Source: Candidatus Omnitrophota bacterium (GTDB lineage Bacteria > Omnitrophota > Gorgyraeia > 2-01-FULL-45-10). From it: a DNA stretch of 64,000 nucleotides. Every line of letters begins with the position of its first letter. The first letter of the stretch is position 1. The stretch lies in NCBI GenBank assembly GCA_043798375.1, contig JAZDOS010000028.1, positions 28,241 through 92,240 on the forward strand, written 5' to 3'. This document shows, piece after piece, positions 59,315 through 64,000 of this stretch. The notes beneath the pieces were generated by a model that was not told where the DNA came from, did no database searches, and saw nothing but the letters and a program-made list of their open reading frames with translations. A program made the translations under genes and the position numbers.

Positions 59315-61280
59315 CCAGCTTCTCCTTCAGCTCCCTGATCTGGTCCCTTAAAACGGCCGCTCTTTCGAACTGCAGGTTTCTCGCGGCAACTTCCATGTCG
59401 TGCTGCAATTCCGCTATGAGGCTGGTCACATCATATTCTTCGGCTGTCTCCTCGACTACGCCCTCGATCACCTCGCGCGCCTTCCTGTACGACTCTATCC
59501 CATCTCTTACGGCCTTTTGTATGGACTGCGGGGTCACGTGATGGGCTTTGTTAAATTCCAATTGTATCTCACGCCGCCTTATCGACTCACCGATCGCCTT
59601 CTTCATCGATCTGGTAACGGTGTCCGCGTACATCAGGACCGCGCCGTGGACGTGGCGCGCGGCCCGGCCCGCGACCTGTATGAGGCTCGTACCGCTGCGC
59701 AGGAATCCTTCCTTGTCCGCGTCGAGAATCACGACAAGCGACACCTCCGGCAGGTCCAGCCCTTCCCTCAGGAGGTTAATACCTACCAGGCAGTCGAATT
59801 TGTTGAGCCTAAGGTCTCTCAATATCTCGACCCGTTCGATCGCGCCGATCTCCGAATGGAGATACTTGACCTTCAGCCCAAATTCGTTCAAATATCCGGT
59901 AAGGTCCTCGGAAAGCCGCTTGGTGAGCGTCGTGACGAGAACGCGCTCCTTCCGCCCGGCCCTTATTCTAATCTCTTTTATCAGGTCGTCTATCTGATTT
60001 TCGGTCGGCCTTACCTCTATGGGCGGATCGACGAGGCCGGTGGGCCTTATGATCTGCTCAACTACATTACCTTTCGACTTTTCGATCTCATAGTCATCCG
60101 GGGTCGCCGAAACAAATACGGACTGAGATACCAGTTTCTCGAACTCTTCGAACTTGAGGGGCCTGTTATCCAGGGCGGACGGAAGCCTGAAGCCGTAATT
60201 GACGAGGGTCTCTTTCCTCGCCCTGTCCCCGTTATACATACCGCGCAACTGCGGTATCGTAACATGCGATTCGTCTATAAACGTCAGGAAGCCCTTCGGA
60301 AAATAATCTATCAGGCACCAGGGCCTCTCGCCCTGCGGCCTTCCGGACAGGTGGCGCGAATAGTTCTCTATGCCGCTGCAATATCCCATCTCTCTCATCA
60401 TCTCGATATCATAGCGCGTCCTCGATTCAAGGCGCTGGGCCTCGAGGAGCTTATTCTGCGACCTCAATTCCTCAAGCCGCGCGGTAAGCTCTTCGGCGAT
60501 CGACTTTACCGCCGCCTCTATCCTGTCGGGCGTCGTCACGAAATGTTTCGCCGGATATATACCGGCCTTTTTAACGTTCGTCACGATGTTTCCGGTCAAC
60601 GGATCTATTTCGCATATGCGCTCGATCTTATCGTCCGACTGCTCGATCCTGTACGCCGTCTTTGTGTACGCCGGAAATACTTCGACTGTGTCGCCCCGCA
60701 CCCTGAACGTCGAGCGCTTGAAATCATAATCATTTCTTGTGTAATGTATCGAGATAAGTTTTTTTATAATCTCGTCGCGGCCGACATCTTCTCCCTCTTC
60801 CAAAAATACAAGCATCTCGCCGTATTCTTCCGGCGAGCCCAAGCCGTAGATACAGGAGACGCTTGCGACTATAATGCAGTCGTCCCGCGACATGAGGGAG
60901 CTCGTGGCCGAAAGCCTTAAGGCGTCTATATCCTCATTGATCGACGAGTCTTTCTCGATATATATATCGGTATGGGGAATATATGCCTCGGGCTGGTAAT
61001 AATCGTAGTAGCTTACGAAATATTCGACCGCGTTCTCCGGAAAGAATTCCTTGAATTCGCTGTATAGCTGGGCGGCGAGCGTCTTATTGTGCGAGACGAT
61101 GAGGGCGGGCTTGCCGATATTCGCGATGATATTAGCAACGACGAAAGTTTTGCCCGACCCCGTGACTCCGAGAAGAGTCTGGTAAGGCGCTTTGTCTTTC
61201 AGGCCTTGGGTAAGTTTTGCGATCGCTTCGGGTTGGTCTCCTTCGGGTTTAAAATTTGATACGAGTTTGAAATTTGCCAT
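59277..61280 (-). CDS. uvrB: Excinuclease ABC subunit B
   Basis: [27 protein letters not shown]. Confidence 0.98.
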   Translation of the reverse strand: MANFKLVSNFKPEGDQPEAIAKLTQGLKDKAPYQTLLGVTGSGKTFVVANIIANIGKPALIVSHNKTLAAQLYSEFKEFFPENAVEYFVSYYDYYQPEAYIPHTDIYIEKDSSINEDIDALRLSATSSLMSRDDCIIVASVSCIYGLGSPEEYGEMLVFLEEGEDVGRDEIIKKLISIHYTRNDYDFKRSTFRVRGDTVEVFPAYTKTAYRIEQSDDKIERICEIDPLTGNIVTNVKKAGIYPAKHFVTTPDRIEAAVKSIAEELTARLEELRSQNKLLEAQRLESRTRYDIEMMREMGYCSGIENYSRHLSGRPQGERPWCLIDYFPKGFLTFIDESHVTIPQLRGMYNGDRARKETLVNYGFRLPSALDNRPLKFEEFEKLVSQSVFVSATPDDYEIEKSKGNVVEQIIRPTGLVDPPIEVRPTENQIDDLIKEIRIRAGRKERVLVTTLTKRLSEDLTGYLNEFGLKVKYLHSEIGAIERVEILRDLRLNKFDCLVGINLLREGLDLPEVSLVVILDADKEGFLRSGTSLIQVAGRAARHVHGAVLMYADTVTRSMKKAIGESIRRREIQLEFNKAHHVTPQSIQKAVRDGIESYRKAREVIEGVVEETAEEYDVTSLIAELQHDMEVAARNLQFERAAVLRDQIRELKEKLDAGRKDTRHIKK

Positions 61281-62179
61281 TAAATTATTTCCAACGACAT
61301 ATCGGTAGAATTGACGGATGCGGTAAGGGGGCCTATCGATATCATATCAACCTTTATTTTCGCGTATTCTTCGACGTTCTCCAGCGTAATGCCGCCGGAT
61401 ACCTCAAAAAGAGGCTTTACCCTGGAAAGGCGCCTTATTTCGACACACGCCAACACATCCCGCGAACTCATATTGTCGAGCATTATAATGTCCGGCTTCC
61501 CGGCCAGCGCGTCATTGAACTCTTCCATCGTAGTAACTTCTATCTCTATAACCGTGCCTTTTAAATTTTTCTTTCTGGCCGTTTCAATTAGATTTTTCAA
61601 AGTTTTTTCTTTTCCTGTACCCTGTACCCTGCCTGCCCCGAGCGAAGTCGAGGGGTACCCTGCACCCTTAATGTGGTTATCTTTAATAAGCACCTGATCG
61701 TAAAGCCCCATCCTGTGGTTTGCCCCGCCTCCTGTAAAAACGGCGTACTTTTCAAGATACCTTAATAGCGGCAGGGTTTTACGCGTATCGAGAATCTTTA
61801 CGCCGTAGGGCTTCGCCTTATCGACAAATTGTTTCGTTTTTGTGGCGATCCCGCATAACATCGAAAGGAAATTCAGCATTGTGCGCTCCGCCCGCAGGAT
61901 CGAGGCCGCATGGCCTTCAAGGAAAACGATCTCTTTCCCTCTTCCAACGTAATCAGAGTCCCTGCAGTTCGGCTTAAATCTTACGCTGTAATCGACCTGG
62001 GCCATCGCCCATTCGGCGATCTCCAACCCGCACACCACGCAATCCTCATTCACGATGATGCCGGCTTTGCAGCCGGCGAATTTATCAACGAGGGCGCTCG
62101 TCGTGATATCGCCTTTTCCGATATCCTCTTTGAGAGCCGCTTTTATGATAGCAAGCGCCCTCTCCTTTTCAAGCTTCAT
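61280..62179 (-). CDS. nadC: Nicotinate-nucleotide pyrophosphorylase
   Basis: [32 protein letters not shown]. Confidence 0.95.
   Translation of the reverse strand: MKLEKERALAIIKAALKEDIGKGDITTSALVDKFAGCKAGIIVNEDCVVCGLEIAEWAMAQVDYSVRFKPNCRDSDYVGRGKEIVFLEGHAASILRAERTMLNFLSMLCGIATKTKQFVDKAKPYGVKILDTRKTLPLLRYLEKYAVFTGGGANHRMGLYDQVLIKDNHIKGAGYPSTSLGAGRVQGTGKEKTLKNLIETARKKNLKGTVIEIEVTTMEEFNDALAGKPDIIMLDNMSSRDVLACVEIRRLSRVKPLFEVSGGITLENVEEYAKIKVDMISIGPLTASVNSTDMSLEII
61614..61668. repeat. 7-bp array with nested 24-bp hairpin, in frame within nadC
   Basis: cctgtac cctgtac cctg[cctgccccgagcgaagtcgagggg]tac cctgcac. Confidence 0.82.
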
Positions 62180-62421
62180 TCCTGTCCCAGTTCTCCAAAC
62201 TTATCGCTTTCCACGACATCCGGCAGCCCCGTATTTTCGTCGTAGATACCGCCCGGCGCCATCGGATCGTCGTCATTGACGCCGTAATCCTCTTCCACTA
62301 CGGCTGTCTCGGCCCCGCCGGTATCTATCTCTTTCAAATCATTACCCGCATTTTCTTCCGCGCCGGAAACCCCGGCCAATAATCCAAAAACCAGCGCACC
62401 CACTAAACACAGATATTTCAT
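62176..62421 (-). CDS. Small acidic secreted hypothetical protein
   Basis: Signal peptide plus D/E-rich body, RBS AGGGG. Confidence 0.65.
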   Translation of the reverse strand: MKYLCLVGALVFGLLAGVSGAEENAGNDLKEIDTGGAETAVVEEDYGVNDDDPMAPGGIYDENTGLPDVVESDKFGELGQE

Positions 62422-62442
62422 ATGCTTCCCCTTTCTATCCTA

Positions 62443-62492
62443 CCCCGTTAGAAATCTTTCACTCTATAGAATGTCAAGTATTTCTAACGGGG
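62443..62492. repeat. CCCCGTTAGAAA-type REP-like inverted repeat overlapping the valS stop
   Basis: ccccgttagaaat..atttctaacgggg. Confidence 0.8.
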
Positions 62493-64000
62493 CCTATCTC
62501 TTTAATATTATCCTTTATCTTTTTGGCCTGCGATTCCAATTCTACTTTCCGCGTTTTCTGTTTCTCTATAACCTCCCCGGGGGCTTTCCCTGTGAAATCT
62601 TTATCCTTCAGCCTTGCGGCGATAGCCTTTATTTCGCCGCCAATCCTGGCTTCTTCCTTAGAAAGGCGCGCCTTCTCTTTTTCGAAATCTATCAGGCCCT
62701 CGAGAGGAAGATAAACCTCCATGGAGCCTACAACGCTCACGGCGGCGTTCTTGGGCCTATCGACTTTGCTTATCTTAAGATCCTCGGCCCTGGTAAGCTG
62801 TTTTATAAAACCGACGTTCTCCGTCAACAGCTTCTCATCTTTCGCCCGGTGCGTTTTTATAGCGGCGCGAATCTGGAGCTTGGGTTCTATATTCCAGACG
62901 CTCCTCATATTCCTGACGGCGGTTATAAGCTCTATCAGCACCCTCATGTCCGATTCCGCCTCACCGGAGATCATCTCTTTCTGAAGGTGAGGCCAGGGCT
63001 CGGCCATAATAGAAGCGCCTTCCCCGGGCATAGTGAGCTTTTGCCATATCTCTTCCGTAATGAACGGCATGAACGGATGAGCGATCCGTAAACTCTTCTC
63101 CAATACTTTATACAGGATGGTTTGCACAGCCGGCTCGTTTATCCTCGATTTCGCTATCTCGATATACCAGTCGCAGAATTCATGCCATAAGAACTCGTAT
63201 ATGGAGTTCGCGGCTTCGTTGAACTTGTATTCGTCGAGGCATTTCGTCACGCAGCCGAGGGTCGAATAAAACCTGGATAATATCCACCTGTCGGGAAGCG
63301 ACAGCTTTGAGCCTTTATAGAAAACACAGAGATCCTTAGCCGCGGATCCGGCCTTTAAATTGGCAAGGATGAACCGCGACGCGTTCCAGATCTTGTTCGC
63401 GAAATTCCTTCCGAGCTCGAATTTACCTTCGGACAGGAAGACGTCCTGCCCCTGGGCGGTTATCGATATGATGCTGAACCTGAGCGCGTCCGTCCCGTAT
63501 TTCTCGATCATGTCCAGGGGGTCGATGATATTACCCAGGGACTTCGACATCTTCGTCCCCGTGATATCTCTCACGGTGCCGTGGATATAGACGTCTCTAA
63601 AGGGTATGTCTCCCATAAACTCGCATCCCGCCATTATCATGCGCGCCACCCAGAAGAATATTATCTCCTGCGCGGTGATGAGCGAACTCGTCGGATAAAA
63701 ATATTTCAACGCAGGCGTTTCTTTGGGCCAGCCGAATATCGAGAATGGCCACAGCCATGACGAGAACCACGTGTCGAGGACGTCGGGATCCTGTTCGATA
63801 TCCGTCGATCCGCATTCCGGGCATTTTTCCGGCCTCGTTTTGGAAACTATAATGCCTTTCTCGGTTTTCGGTTTTTGGTTATCGGTTTTCGGCGATAACC
63901 TATCACCGCTAACCGATAACCCGGCTTCTTGGCATCTTCTGCAATAATATACGGGAATGCGGTGCCCCCACCATATCTGCCTTGAAATACACCAATCCCT
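62474..64000 (-). CDS. valS: Valine--tRNA ligase, 3' part (start outside window)
   Basis: DWCISRQIWWGHRIP, DVLDTWFSS, KMSKSLGN, C-terminal coiled coil. Confidence 0.97.
   Translation of the reverse strand, partial: RDWCISRQIWWGHRIPVYYCRRCQEAGLSVSGDRLSPKTDNQKPKTEKGIIVSKTRPEKCPECGSTDIEQDPDVLDTWFSSWLWPFSIFGWPKETPALKYFYPTSSLITAQEIIFFWVARMIMAGCEFMGDIPFRDVYIHGTVRDITGTKMSKSLGNIIDPLDMIEKYGTDALRFSIISITAQGQDVFLSEGKFELGRNFANKIWNASRFILANLKAGSAAKDLCVFYKGSKLSLPDRWILSRFYSTLGCVTKCLDEYKFNEAANSIYEFLWHEFCDWYIEIAKSRINEPAVQTILYKVLEKSLRIAHPFMPFITEEIWQKLTMPGEGASIMAEPWPHLQKEMISGEAESDMRVLIELITAVRNMRSVWNIEPKLQIRAAIKTHRAKDEKLLTENVGFIKQLTRAEDLKISKVDRPKNAAVSVVGSMEVYLPLEGLIDFEKEKARLSKEEARIGGEIKAIAARLKDKDFTGKAPGEVIEKQKTRKVELESQAKKIKDNIKEIGPVRNT
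63861..63921. repeat. Inverted pair of 7-bp arrays in frame within valS
   Basis: tcggttt tcggttt ttggtta tcggttt tcgg / cgataac ctatcac cgctaac cgataac. Confidence 0.85.

Noticed and set aside
59400-60920. 506-aa plus-strand ORF and other long antisense ORFs (e.g. 46998-47894, 41240-41986)
   Set aside because: Shadows of uvrB, aspS and ppdK codon structure; no recognisable motifs.

Overview
A 64-kb chromosomal segment of a Gram-negative (lpxA-bearing) bacterium. Gene content resembles Omnitrophota/PVC-type genomes; that assignment is inference. Every convincing gene is on the minus strand except rpoN. 1-17 kb is a PEP-CTERM-associated surface polysaccharide locus (glycosyltransferases, methyltransferases, flippase, kinase/nucleotidyltransferase genes, Wzc-like kinase, ExeA-like ATPase, chain-length protein, MerR-HTH/Wza fusion). 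It starts at a sigma54 promoter placed head-to-head with rpoN. 18.6-23 kb holds a broken AbiE-like pair and a 1.75-kb ATPase mini-island bounded by an 87-bp duplication of a small unannotated gene. 23-64 kb is mostly housekeeping (lpxA, tRNA-Arg, apt, ppdK, glyQS, recO, ybeY, aspS, hisS, dnaE, groES/EL with CIRCE, coaX, birA, uvrB, nadC, valS). The most striking non-gene signal is a set of eight short 7/8-bp-period tandem arrays with different sequences but a shared architecture. They form inverted pairs, bracket a four-helix-bundle gene, and sit in frame inside valS, nadC and ybeY. There are also five REPIN-like doublets, several other REP-like palindromes, and several deletion scars.
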